A DNA stretch of 30,342 nt, from contig JALUEE010000089.1 of the NCBI GenBank assembly GCA_027053075.1, positions 1 to 30,342 of the forward strand. The letters are read 5' to 3'. This document shows positions 9,337 to 18,010 of the stretch, in pieces. Position 1 is the first letter of the stretch. Every line of letters begins with the position of its first letter. The translations under genes and the position numbers were made by a program. The notes under the pieces were generated by a model. That model ran no database searches. It saw nothing but the letters and a program-made list of their open reading frames with translations, and was not told the origin of the DNA. The DNA is from a candidate division WOR-3 bacterium. Lineage in GTDB: Bacteria > Hydrothermota > Hydrothermia > B15-G9 > WFZT01.

Positions 9337-10187
9337 GGTAGGATTTCTTCAAATGAGAGATAGGAGCCAATGAGACCGATTACGAGGCCTATCAGGACAA
9401 GCAAAGGATAAATAAACCAGTGGTCTGGCAGGTGGTAGGACAGAAGAGTCCCCACGAGCACGAGGGAGAGTTTGAGCACGATGGCTGCGAACAAACCACC
9501 GACAAATCCATAGAGTGTTCCGTTTATAAGATACGGAATCTCGATTGTGGACTTTGTGGCGCCAACAAGGTCGAGGATTTCTATGAGCTCACGCCTTGAG
9601 TTTATTATCAGTCTGATGGTCTGATAAATAACGTAGCTTATAGCAAGAAAGAGGCTGATTAGAAGCACGATAGAGACTGTGATAAAAAATGCGGAAATTT
9701 TAGAAAGCCTTGCAATCCATCCTGTGCCTGCATAGACCTCATCCACACCTGGAAGCACCGAAATCTCTTTCACGAGATGTTCCATAAGCTCAGGATTTTT
9801 CCAGGTCGGTTTAAGGTGTATAACAAAACTCTCGGGTAAGGGGATGTCCTGAAAAACGCTCACCACGTCGCTATACTCGGAGTACCGATTTTTAAAAATT
9901 TTGAGTGCCTCTTCTTTTGTCACGATATCAATATCTTTCACCCCTGCAAGGCCCTGGATGGTCGAATAGAGCTTCTCCTTCATTTCACGGGGCAGGTCTT
10001 CTTTTAGATATACATCAATTTCCACATTCCTCCGCTCTGTCTGGAGTATGCCAAAGATGGTGAGAGATAAATAAAGACTTGCACCAAAAATCAAAATGAG
10101 GGTAAAGGAGACAGCCGTTGAAACCCACGCCATTCCTTTAGCAGATTTGTATGCGCCAAGTGCCTCATTTAATATAAAATTTCTCAT
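9333..10187 (-). CDS. ftsX: Cell division permease FtsX
   Basis: 4-TM topology with periplasmic loop, PLPESF, TIRL..SRRELIEILDLVGAT....PYL; follows ftsE. Confidence 0.9.
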   Translation of the reverse strand: MRNFILNEALGAYKSAKGMAWVSTAVSFTLILIFGASLYLSLTIFGILQTERRNVEIDVYLKEDLPREMKEKLYSTIQGLAGVKDIDIVTKEEALKIFKNRYSEYSDVVSVFQDIPLPESFVIHLKPTWKNPELMEHLVKEISVLPGVDEVYAGTGWIARLSKISAFFITVSIVLLISLFLAISYVIYQTIRLIINSRRELIEILDLVGATKSTIEIPYLINGTLYGFVGGLFAAIVLKLSLVLVGTLLSYHLPDHWFIYPLLVLIGLVIGLIGSYLSFEEILP

Positions 10188-10848
10188 CGCTCTCGATCTT
10201 CCCGGCTTTAAGTGAGATAACCCTTTTCCTCACTACTTTCTCAAGGAAGTTGTAGTTGTGCGTTGCAACAATCACGGTTGTACCTCTGTCATTAACCCTT
10301 TTAAGGATTTTAAAAATTTCCTCAGATGATTCAGGGTCAATATTACCTGTGGGCTCATCGGCGAGAAGGATGTAGGGCTCACGAACAAGTGCACGGGCAA
10401 TGGCCACTTTTTGTCCCTCTCCACCGGAAAGTTCATTGGGCATCTTCTCCGCCTTATCCGCCATACCCAGCTTATCGAGGACTTCTATGGCTTTTCTTCT
10501 GGCGTTTCTGGGCGATTCGCCCGTCACTTCGAGGGCAATTGAAACATTCTTCAAAACATTTCTATCAAAAAGTAGCTTAAAGTCCTGAAAAATTACACCA
10601 ATCTTGCGCCTTAAGAAGGGTATTTCGTCTCTTGAAATGGTATCCGATGAATAACCAAGCACACTAACTCTGCCGGAAGTTGGGAATTCTTTGAAGTAAA
10701 TGTGACTAAGTAGTGTGGTTTTTCCTGCCCCTGTGGGACCGATGATGAAAACAAATTCGCCTTTGCCAATACTAAAACTAACGTTTTGAAGTGCATACCA
10801 GCGATTCTGGTAGATTCTCGACACATTCTGAAATTCTATGTAACTCAC
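10165..10848 (-). CDS. ftsE: Cell division ATP-binding protein FtsE
   Basis: GPTGAGKTT, LRRKIGVIFQDFKLL, LSGGEGQKVAIARA, LADEPTGNID, GTTVIVATH. Confidence 0.94.
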   Translation of the reverse strand: MSYIEFQNVSRIYQNRWYALQNVSFSIGKGEFVFIIGPTGAGKTTLLSHIYFKEFPTSGRVSVLGYSSDTISRDEIPFLRRKIGVIFQDFKLLFDRNVLKNVSIALEVTGESPRNARRKAIEVLDKLGMADKAEKMPNELSGGEGQKVAIARALVREPYILLADEPTGNIDPESSEEIFKILKRVNDRGTTVIVATHNYNFLEKVVRKRVISLKAGKIESDEKFYIK

Positions 10849-11786
10849 CCAAGGATTTCCTCTGCTTTCTTAACTATACTCTCGTGGTCGAGCCCGTAGT
10901 GGCGATAAAGGGCCTCCGGTGAGCCTGAACGTCCAAAAACGTCGTTTAAAGCGACGATTTCGAAGGGATTTTTGTATCCTGCTTCAAGCATCCTGAGTGA
11001 AAGGTTGGCACCAAGTCCGCCCCACACGACGTGATCTTCAACCACCATGATAGCCCTGTAATCCCTGAGCTCCTCAACTGTCTCATCTTTAATGGGCTTG
11101 ATGGTCAAAAAATCGTACAAGCCGACAGAAAATCCTTTTCCCTCGAGCACTTCGGTGGCCTTAATCACCTCGTGCATGGTGTAGCCGTAAGAAACAAGGG
11201 CGATGTCTTTCCCTTTTTTAAGCTCTTTGATTTCACCAATGTTGAAAGGGAATTTGTCGCCATAAATAACTGGAGCCGTGGGCCTGATGAGCCGCACGTA
11301 AACAGGCCCGTCGTACTCATACGCAGCCTGCAGCACAGACTTGGTGGCATAGTAGTCTGAAGCGGAAAGGACAACCATACCAGGAATTGCACCCATAAGA
11401 GCCACATCCTCAGTCATCTGGTGGGACGCGCCATCCTCGCCGGTGGCAATTCCTGCATGGGTCGCAACAATTTTGACGTTAAATCTTGCATAAGCAATGG
11501 ATAGTCTCACCTGATCATAGGCTCTTCCGGCGGCAAAAACTGCAAATGTGGAAGCAAACGGAATTTTGCCTGTTGATGCAAGGCCGGCGGCCACTCCCAT
11601 CATATTTTGCTCCTGAATGCCAAATTCGAAGTGCCGCTCGGGAAATTTCTCTTTGAACATCTCGGTGTAAGTAGATTTTGCAAGGTCGGCCGCAAGTGCT
11701 ACAACTCTCTCGTCCTTTTCTCCGATCTCTATTAAAAATTCACCGAAAGCCTTACGGAGGGATTTTTTCTCCAACTCAGTCCTCAA
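10845..11786 (-). CDS. Transketolase C-terminal section (pyrimidine-binding plus C-terminal domains)
   Basis: ADLAKST, GIQEQNMMGVAAGLA, FAAGRAYDQVR, GEDGASHQ, GPVYVRL, EDH, FGRSG. Confidence 0.92.
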   Translation of the reverse strand: MRTELEKKSLRKAFGEFLIEIGEKDERVVALAADLAKSTYTEMFKEKFPERHFEFGIQEQNMMGVAAGLASTGKIPFASTFAVFAAGRAYDQVRLSIAYARFNVKIVATHAGIATGEDGASHQMTEDVALMGAIPGMVVLSASDYYATKSVLQAAYEYDGPVYVRLIRPTAPVIYGDKFPFNIGEIKELKKGKDIALVSYGYTMHEVIKATEVLEGKGFSVGLYDFLTIKPIKDETVEELRDYRAIMVVEDHVVWGGLGANLSLRMLEAGYKNPFEIVALNDVFGRSGSPEALYRHYGLDHESIVKKAEEILG

Positions 11787-12900
11787 TTATTTCCACATTG
11801 GCGCGGGGGACAAGTACCCTCGTTCCATCGTCAAACTCGAGCTCAAGGACTCTGACCTTTGCCTCTGTCTCAATCACCTGAAGCTCTGCGGGTAGGGCGG
11901 TTACTCTACCAATTTTGCCAAAGTAGGGCTCGCGGATGACACGCACATGTGTTCCAATATCCAGGCCTGCCGCAATCTCCTCGTGGTCCTTTTTCAAATC
12001 TTCAGGATTAGCCCCCGGAGCGATTATTTCAGGTCTTATAACACCAGCCCTGATCTGGGTAGCTCCATTGATTGAAACCTTCTTCCCCTCTATGCTCTTC
12101 AGCAACTCAAAGGTTCTGTGCGCCATGGAAATTTTTCCAAAGCCCTCTGTAATGATGAGCGTGATACCCTTCTGCTCCGAGCCGGTAATAGCGACACCAA
12201 TGTCGTATCCGAGGAAATCGCGCAGGTTTTTATCATCAATGCCTCCTACAACGATTCCGGCTGCACCGACCTCAACTGCCTTTCTAAGGGCATCGGCTGT
12301 TACAAAAGCTCCACCAACAATTACCATATCTTTGTCATCCGGTGTAATTTTATCAGGGGTCAGGGTATCATCAGGGGAGCTTGCCTTAATTTTGAGATGT
12401 CCTATCCTTTCGCCACCTATTCCGAAAATGCCCTGCACGAAGGTGGCAATAGTTTCGATAACCACGCCCTCATTAGGAATCACATCCACAACTTCACCAT
12501 CAATGTATGCAATAACCTCGACTGGAATGGGTGGCTCTTCGATAATTACCTGTCCTGTGACATTTGAAATGCTCTTTATAGTTCCATCAACAGGAGAGGT
12601 GACCGTGGATTTGAAGAGCCCAAATATTCCTTTAGACTGAGCAATAGGCTCTCCTTTTTTCACAGGATCACCCACTTTTTTGAGCATCAGGTGTGGCAGG
12701 TCGCCGGGCGGGACAGATAACTGTCCTGCAACATTTATAGGTCTTACATTTCCTGGAAGCTCTGTTCTCGCAACGATATCCTCAGCCTTTACTTTGTCAC
12801 CCTTTTTAACAAGCACCTCTCCCGGGAGAGGGAGACGCCTTTCCTTTCTTAAAATTGTTGCCTTCGTTACTTTTAAACCTGGTGTATAAGCATGAGCCAT
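11776..12900 (-). CDS. Conserved hypothetical protein (barrel-sandwich hybrid repeats, C-terminal KOW-like motif)
   Basis: 374 aa. MAHAYTPGLKV start, VKKGDKV/KVGDPVKKGE and SPVDGTI hybrid-motif repeats, QGIFGIGGE, LIITEGFG, GATQIRAGVIRPE, VRVIREPYFGKIGRV...VPRANVE. Tightly coupled in the operon. Confidence 0.8.
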   Translation of the reverse strand: MAHAYTPGLKVTKATILRKERRLPLPGEVLVKKGDKVKAEDIVARTELPGNVRPINVAGQLSVPPGDLPHLMLKKVGDPVKKGEPIAQSKGIFGLFKSTVTSPVDGTIKSISNVTGQVIIEEPPIPVEVIAYIDGEVVDVIPNEGVVIETIATFVQGIFGIGGERIGHLKIKASSPDDTLTPDKITPDDKDMVIVGGAFVTADALRKAVEVGAAGIVVGGIDDKNLRDFLGYDIGVAITGSEQKGITLIITEGFGKISMAHRTFELLKSIEGKKVSINGATQIRAGVIRPEIIAPGANPEDLKKDHEEIAAGLDIGTHVRVIREPYFGKIGRVTALPAELQVIETEAKVRVLELEFDDGTRVLVPRANVEIIED

Positions 12901-12901
12901 T

Positions 12902-15697
12902 TTATTTTCCTCCTAACTTCTTCAATTCCTTAATTTCTGCCGAGTCATTAGGATTGTTTTTAATCCAATCCTGAATGAGTCGTTTGAGCTGATTTGTATC
13001 TTTCTTCGCTTTGTAAATGGATTTGAGTGACTCATAAATCTCTCTATCCTTTGGTGTCATACTCAAAGCAATCTCCAGATTTTCAATTGCCTTTGTCGTA
13101 TCACCCTTTGCAAGATAGGTTAAACCAATCTGCTTGTAAAGTAAAGGTACCTTCTGGATTTGCATCGCTTCCTCGTAGTACTTAATTGCGTTGTCGTAAT
13201 CTCCCTTCTGCTTGTAGAGATTTCCAATCATGAGGTCAATTGCTATGATCTGACGAGAGACATCAGTGGCCTGTGGCTGGAATTTCAGGACCACCTCAGC
13301 AAGTTTTTTGGAGAAGTAAAGCTCATCAATCGCCTGATCAATAGAATCCTGAAAGCTGTAATAATAGCCCAGTCTCAGAGCAACGGATGCGAGGTTTCTC
13401 ACAAGTTTCAGGTGGGTTCCATCTTTATAAGTATTGTCAAAAATCCCTCTGTAACGGAAGATGCCCCATGGAGATTTGGCATTAGCATACTTTTTCAAAA
13501 ATTCTTTAACACTCATATTACCGTGCAGTAGGTACCTTGTTCTCTCAACATTCAAGCCCTCAGGGAATATACCAGAGGACACGTTGTGGTTCATCACCCT
13601 GAATGCCAGTCCTTCGCTCAAAAGATATTTGCTCCAGGGCCTATAAACATCAGGTGTAACAGTGAGTGCGAAATAGATGGGAACTTTAAATTTTGCACCC
13701 TTGATAACTTTATTCAAAAATGTATCCGGTGGTGCAAAATACAGCTTTGGCACCCTCAAGCCCGGAGTGAGCTGGACGTAGTCGTCTTCCTTAAATTTGT
13801 ATCCAGCGGACGTGGCTATCATATCCCTGATCATAATGTCTCTCAGGTAGAGAACTTTTCCACCGGGCATGAGTAGTGCAGGTGGTAACTTGTCTATTTC
13901 AGCCTTTGTAAAGCTTATAGGCGCGCCCCAGTCTTTGAGCTGCTTCACGTACCAGTTTGTGTTGATAAGCGAAAGATTGGCAATAATAACATCAGGCCGG
14001 TATCCAAGAACATCCTGATCAAACCAGAGTGGGAATGTATCATTATCTCCATTTGTGTAAAGAATCACTGGGCCACCGTTTGGATTCTTCCTCGGTGAAA
14101 TCAGAAGGTCGTAGGCATAATCCTCAGCCATGTAGTTGTGTGTTCTATCCACTATGGGCCAGAAATGTTTGAACTGATACCCCTGAAGTGCACCTACAAT
14201 CAATAAACCAGTTACAAGCCCTATTACCCATTTCTTCAGATAAACCGCCAGCAATCGCATTATTTCCCACACACCCAATCCCATGTATATGGCAAAATAG
14301 GTGTAGAATGGGGCAAAGAAGTAATCCCTATCCCTTACCTCTCTCGGATTTAACGGGTTGATTGGGGCGGTGGGAGAGTCCTTGAGGTTGAGGTAAATAA
14401 TGAGCCCGAGACTGCCCATAAGGAGAGCAGTTCCAACGAGCCAGAAAGTTTTCTTTTCATTACCGAAGTGAGTAACAAGACCAAGAAGTCCAAGGAAAGT
14501 AAGCGGTAGCACAAGACTTGCATACTGCCATGTGAAGTATCTCCAGAACAGAAGTAGCTGGTCTGTGAATGGAATCCTTCTTGGCAAAATTTTGGCAGGC
14601 TCGTACTGTTTTCTCAAAAGGGCGTCCATGAAGGACTTCCAGTTGGATGGGTCTGTTTCGTTGATCTTGGGATTATGGATAGCCCTCACCATCATGGTAA
14701 ATTCAGCGGAAAAGGCAACCACTATCAAGATAAGGGCAAATCCTTTCCAGTCTTTGTAAAGCTTCGCCTTAATGTAAAGAATTAAAATGTCGAGGAATGT
14801 CCCAATAATGAGTAGAATGGAGCTTTTTGTATAGAGCCCCACAAGAACCACTATAAAGCCACCTATGAAGAGCATAATCTGGAAGTCGTTGATGTCAAAG
14901 AGCTTCTTGTAGTAGAGATACCACGCCATTACAAGGAGCGAAACTATCATCAGGGCCACAGAGCCAGTCCCATATTCATATGTCAATTTCATGAGAGCAA
15001 TAAGGGCAAATGTAGCGGCCGTTACCACAAGAAATTCCATATCCCATATAAGCTTTGGCTTTACCACCCAGACAAAGACGAAAAGTGCAGGGAAGAATAT
15101 CAATGGCATCAGGTGAATCCCACTGGAGAGGAATAAGAAATAGAGTGAGAAGAGGATGTATCTTATGCTAACTGGACTGTCTTTATGTTCCCACCAGTTT
15201 AAGGCCACCCAGGTCAGGAAAACCATCACAAAAACTGATGGAGTGTAGGTCTCAGCCTCAATGGAGTTCATCCAGACTGTTCTTGCAAACGCTCCGATTA
15301 AACCGGCGAAAATACCTGCAATGTGGGCAAATGATTTTGGTACAGGTGCATCCCACTTTTCAATAATTTTTACCACGATAAGGTATGCAAATCCGGCGGT
15401 GAATGCGCCGGAAAGCATGGAAACAGATGTTATCTTCAGCACACTATTGACTGCTTCAGTCTTATTTATCAAATGGAAAAGAGGGGCAAGGGGGATGGGC
15501 ATTAGGTCCATAAATCTTCCAAGGATCACGTAAAGTGGCGTTCCTGGAGGGTGTGGTATTCCAAGGATGTGGGAGCAGGCGAGAAACTCACCTACATCCC
15601 AGAAAACAACGGTTGGTGCAGTGGTCATAAAATAAAAAAGCCACGTGAAGAAGGTTACAAGTGTAAAAATAATAGCTCGCGTCTTTTTCTCGTCCAT
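12902..15697 (-). CDS. DUF2723 / TMEM260-like GT-C glycosyltransferase with C-terminal TPRs
   Basis: PTVVFWDVGEF, GIPHPPGTPLY, EAETY, VRDRDYFF, NGDNDTFPLW; many TM helices; TPR motifs near the C-terminus; GGAGG SD. Confidence 0.88.
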   Translation of the reverse strand: MDEKKTRAIIFTLVTFFTWLFYFMTTAPTVVFWDVGEFLACSHILGIPHPPGTPLYVILGRFMDLMPIPLAPLFHLINKTEAVNSVLKITSVSMLSGAFTAGFAYLIVVKIIEKWDAPVPKSFAHIAGIFAGLIGAFARTVWMNSIEAETYTPSVFVMVFLTWVALNWWEHKDSPVSIRYILFSLYFLFLSSGIHLMPLIFFPALFVFVWVVKPKLIWDMEFLVVTAATFALIALMKLTYEYGTGSVALMIVSLLVMAWYLYYKKLFDINDFQIMLFIGGFIVVLVGLYTKSSILLIIGTFLDILILYIKAKLYKDWKGFALILIVVAFSAEFTMMVRAIHNPKINETDPSNWKSFMDALLRKQYEPAKILPRRIPFTDQLLLFWRYFTWQYASLVLPLTFLGLLGLVTHFGNEKKTFWLVGTALLMGSLGLIIYLNLKDSPTAPINPLNPREVRDRDYFFAPFYTYFAIYMGLGVWEIMRLLAVYLKKWVIGLVTGLLIVGALQGYQFKHFWPIVDRTHNYMAEDYAYDLLISPRKNPNGGPVILYTNGDNDTFPLWFDQDVLGYRPDVIIANLSLINTNWYVKQLKDWGAPISFTKAEIDKLPPALLMPGGKVLYLRDIMIRDMIATSAGYKFKEDDYVQLTPGLRVPKLYFAPPDTFLNKVIKGAKFKVPIYFALTVTPDVYRPWSKYLLSEGLAFRVMNHNVSSGIFPEGLNVERTRYLLHGNMSVKEFLKKYANAKSPWGIFRYRGIFDNTYKDGTHLKLVRNLASVALRLGYYYSFQDSIDQAIDELYFSKKLAEVVLKFQPQATDVSRQIIAIDLMIGNLYKQKGDYDNAIKYYEEAMQIQKVPLLYKQIGLTYLAKGDTTKAIENLEIALSMTPKDREIYESLKSIYKAKKDTNQLKRLIQDWIKNNPNDSAEIKELKKLGGK

Positions 15698-15731
15698 TGA
15701 TAATCCTCCCTGGGTGGATTTTTGATAGGTT

Positions 15732-15761
15732 ATTATAATTTTCGCACTTCAAAGCTGTCAA
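15732..15761 (-). promoter_or_regulatory. Sigma70-type promoter of the DUF2723-to-AI-2E operon
   Basis: Minus strand TTGACA(15761-15756)-18-TATAAT(15737-15732). Confidence 0.7.
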
Positions 15762-15865
15762 GAAAGCAAGAATTTACGCGGTAAATTGCCGACCGGGGGG
15801 GTAAATTTTGTCACAATTTCATTTGGATTCAACGCATACACCTTGCGCAAAATTATCTTTAACCC

Positions 15866-15913
15866 ATGACCACTTGGAATTTGGGAGCTGACAAAATATA
15901 ATAAAGTGGTCAT
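15866..15913 (+). promoter_or_regulatory. Promoter of the SPT-like gene bracketed by a 10-bp inverted repeat
   Basis: TTGGAA(15874-15879)-17-TATAAT(15897-15902); ATGACCACTT(15866-15875) and AAGTGGTCAT(15904-15913). Confidence 0.55.
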
Positions 15914-15933
15914 ATTTATTCAGGGAGGATGTT

Positions 15934-17115
15934 ATGGACATTTTTGAAAAGTGTGCTAAGTTTGTAGAAGCCGATGAGGTAAAGGAACAGGGGCTTTATC
16001 CTTATTTCAGACCCATAGCCTCAGCTGAGGATACAGAGGTCACCATTGAAGGTAAAAGGGTCCTGATGTTTGGTTCCAACAATTATCTCGGTCTAACGGT
16101 TCACCCAAAGGTTAAAGAGGCGGCTCAGAAGGCAATTGAGAAATATGGAACAGGCACTTGTGGTTCAAGATTCTTAAACGGAACGCTTGAAATCCATCTC
16201 GAGCTTGAAAGAAAGCTGGCGGATTTTATGAAAAAAGAGAGGGCTCTGGTCTTTTCCACAGGTTATCAGACCAACCTTGGTACCATCTCCGCTATTGCCG
16301 GAAAAGAGGATGTTATAATCACAGACAAATGGGACCACGCAAGCATCATTGATGGTACAAGACTCTCCTTTGGCGAAATCCGCAGATTCAAGCACAACGA
16401 TATGAATGACCTCGAGAGGGTACTGAAATCCATTCCGGACAACAAGGGTAAACTCATAGTAGTGGATGGATTGTTCAGCATGGAGGGCGATATCGCTGAC
16501 CTGCCGGGAATTGTAGAGCTTGCCAAAAAATATGGAGCGCGTGTGATGGTGGACGATGCCCACGCCATTGGTGTTCTGGGCAAAAACGGTCGTGGAACAG
16601 CTGAGCATTACGGTCTTGAGGATGAAGTAGACCTCGTGATGGGAACCTTCAGTAAGTCATTTGCATCACTCGGCGGTTTTATCGCCGGTAAAGAATATGT
16701 GATCAATTTCATTCAGCATTTTGCGAGGTCGCTGATCTTTTCAGCGAGTATGCCACCTGCCAATGTGGCCGCCGTGTCCGCTGCATTGGACATTATCAAA
16801 AACGAGCCAGAGAGGCGGCAAAAACTATGGGACAACACAAAAAGGATGCTTGATGGCCTTCGCGAAATGGGCTACGACACTGGACTTTCAGAAACACCGG
16901 TAATCCCAGTGATTATCGGAGACGATATGAAAACCTTTATGTTCTGGCGTGCACTTCTTGACAATGGAGTTTACGTCAACCCGGTCATTTCTCCAGCTGT
17001 TCCACCAGGCAGGCAGCTTCTGAGGATCAGTATGATGGCAACACACACAGATGAGCAAATCGACAGGGCCCTTGAAGTCTTCGAAAAATTGGGCAAAAAA
17101 TTTGAGGTAATTTGA
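15934..17115 (+). CDS. PLP-dependent alpha-oxoamine synthase, probably serine palmitoyltransferase (BioF/Kbl superfamily)
   Basis: [50 protein letters not shown] lysine motif GTFSKS, IFSAS. Confidence 0.85.
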   Translation: MDIFEKCAKFVEADEVKEQGLYPYFRPIASAEDTEVTIEGKRVLMFGSNNYLGLTVHPKVKEAAQKAIEKYGTGTCGSRFLNGTLEIHLELERKLADFMKKERALVFSTGYQTNLGTISAIAGKEDVIITDKWDHASIIDGTRLSFGEIRRFKHNDMNDLERVLKSIPDNKGKLIVVDGLFSMEGDIADLPGIVELAKKYGARVMVDDAHAIGVLGKNGRGTAEHYGLEDEVDLVMGTFSKSFASLGGFIAGKEYVINFIQHFARSLIFSASMPPANVAAVSAALDIIKNEPERRQKLWDNTKRMLDGLREMGYDTGLSETPVIPVIIGDDMKTFMFWRALLDNGVYVNPVISPAVPPGRQLLRISMMATHTDEQIDRALEVFEKLGKKFEVI

Positions 17116-17126
17116 GGAGGTAAAAA

Positions 17127-17648
17127 ATGGCGACAAAAGATGAAATTTTAAAAGCCTATGAATTTGCAATTGAGCTTGAGAAAGAGAGTCTCAAGAGCTA
17201 TCTGGACCTTGCTAAAAGGACACATGATGTCACGGGCAAAAATATGTTTATCTGGCTCGCCCGTGAAGAGTACGAACACATGAGGATACTGGAGTCCATT
17301 AGGGACAAGGTTTTACAGGATCAGCCGATAGGGAAAATTAAGATTGAAGAGGATGAACTCCAGAAGTTGCTGCCCGACATAAAGAAGCTCGAGAAGAAGA
17401 AGTCCTCGGTAGCCGAGACCCATCAGATTCATGCACTTCAGGCCGCCCTCGAGCACGAGGCACAGTCAAGAGACTTCTACAAAGAGCAGGCGGATAAAAC
17501 CGAGGACCCGGAGCTAAAACAGCTCTTTACCCGCCTTGCTGAAATGGAGCAAGCTCACTACGACCTGATCCTTGCACAGCTTGACTTCATCAAGGGTACC
17601 GGATTCTGGTTCGGTATCCCTGAATTTGACATCGAAGGAGCTCCATAA
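17127..17648 (+). CDS. Rubrerythrin/ferritin-like diiron protein
   Basis: Two E..E/ExxH halves: AIELEKES...LAREEYEH and ALEHEAQS...LAEMEQAH; GAGGAGG SD. Confidence 0.88.
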   Translation: MATKDEILKAYEFAIELEKESLKSYLDLAKRTHDVTGKNMFIWLAREEYEHMRILESIRDKVLQDQPIGKIKIEEDELQKLLPDIKKLEKKKSSVAETHQIHALQAALEHEAQSRDFYKEQADKTEDPELKQLFTRLAEMEQAHYDLILAQLDFIKGTGFWFGIPEFDIEGAP

Positions 17649-17710
17649 GCCACTCCATTGGATTTGGCTAATTAATGGCAAATTAAGCTTGATTTAAAAA
17701 TATCCACTTC

Positions 17711-17753
17711 CTGCGTCATTCTCCACGTGCGAAGCACGTGGAGAATGACGCAG
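17711..17753. repeat. Perfect 20-bp stem hairpin with GAA loop
   Basis: CTGCGTCATTCTCCACGTGC-GAA-GCACGTGGAGAATGACGCAG; no U-tract after it. Confidence 0.75.
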
Positions 17754-18010
17754 TGGGGAGTGTATATATGATTTGAGGAATGCAGGAGTCCTGTCTTCAA
17801 AGGTTTGGTTAGTGTAATTTTATACCAGTCCCCCCACAAAAAGTGCCCTGATTATTACTTCTAAAATCCTTCCAGACTCTTGCAATTTTTTAACCCCTTA
17901 AAAAATCTTTGTCGTTGGGCCGGGTGATTTATTTGACTTTTTACAATTTGAAAAATTTGACATGAAGAAGACCTTCCGTTATACATAGGTTAATAAACAG
18001 GGAGGTGTCT

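Noticed and set aside
11936..12640. 234-aa plus-strand ORF
   Set aside because: Antisense shadow of the conserved 374-aa gene; no motifs or SD.
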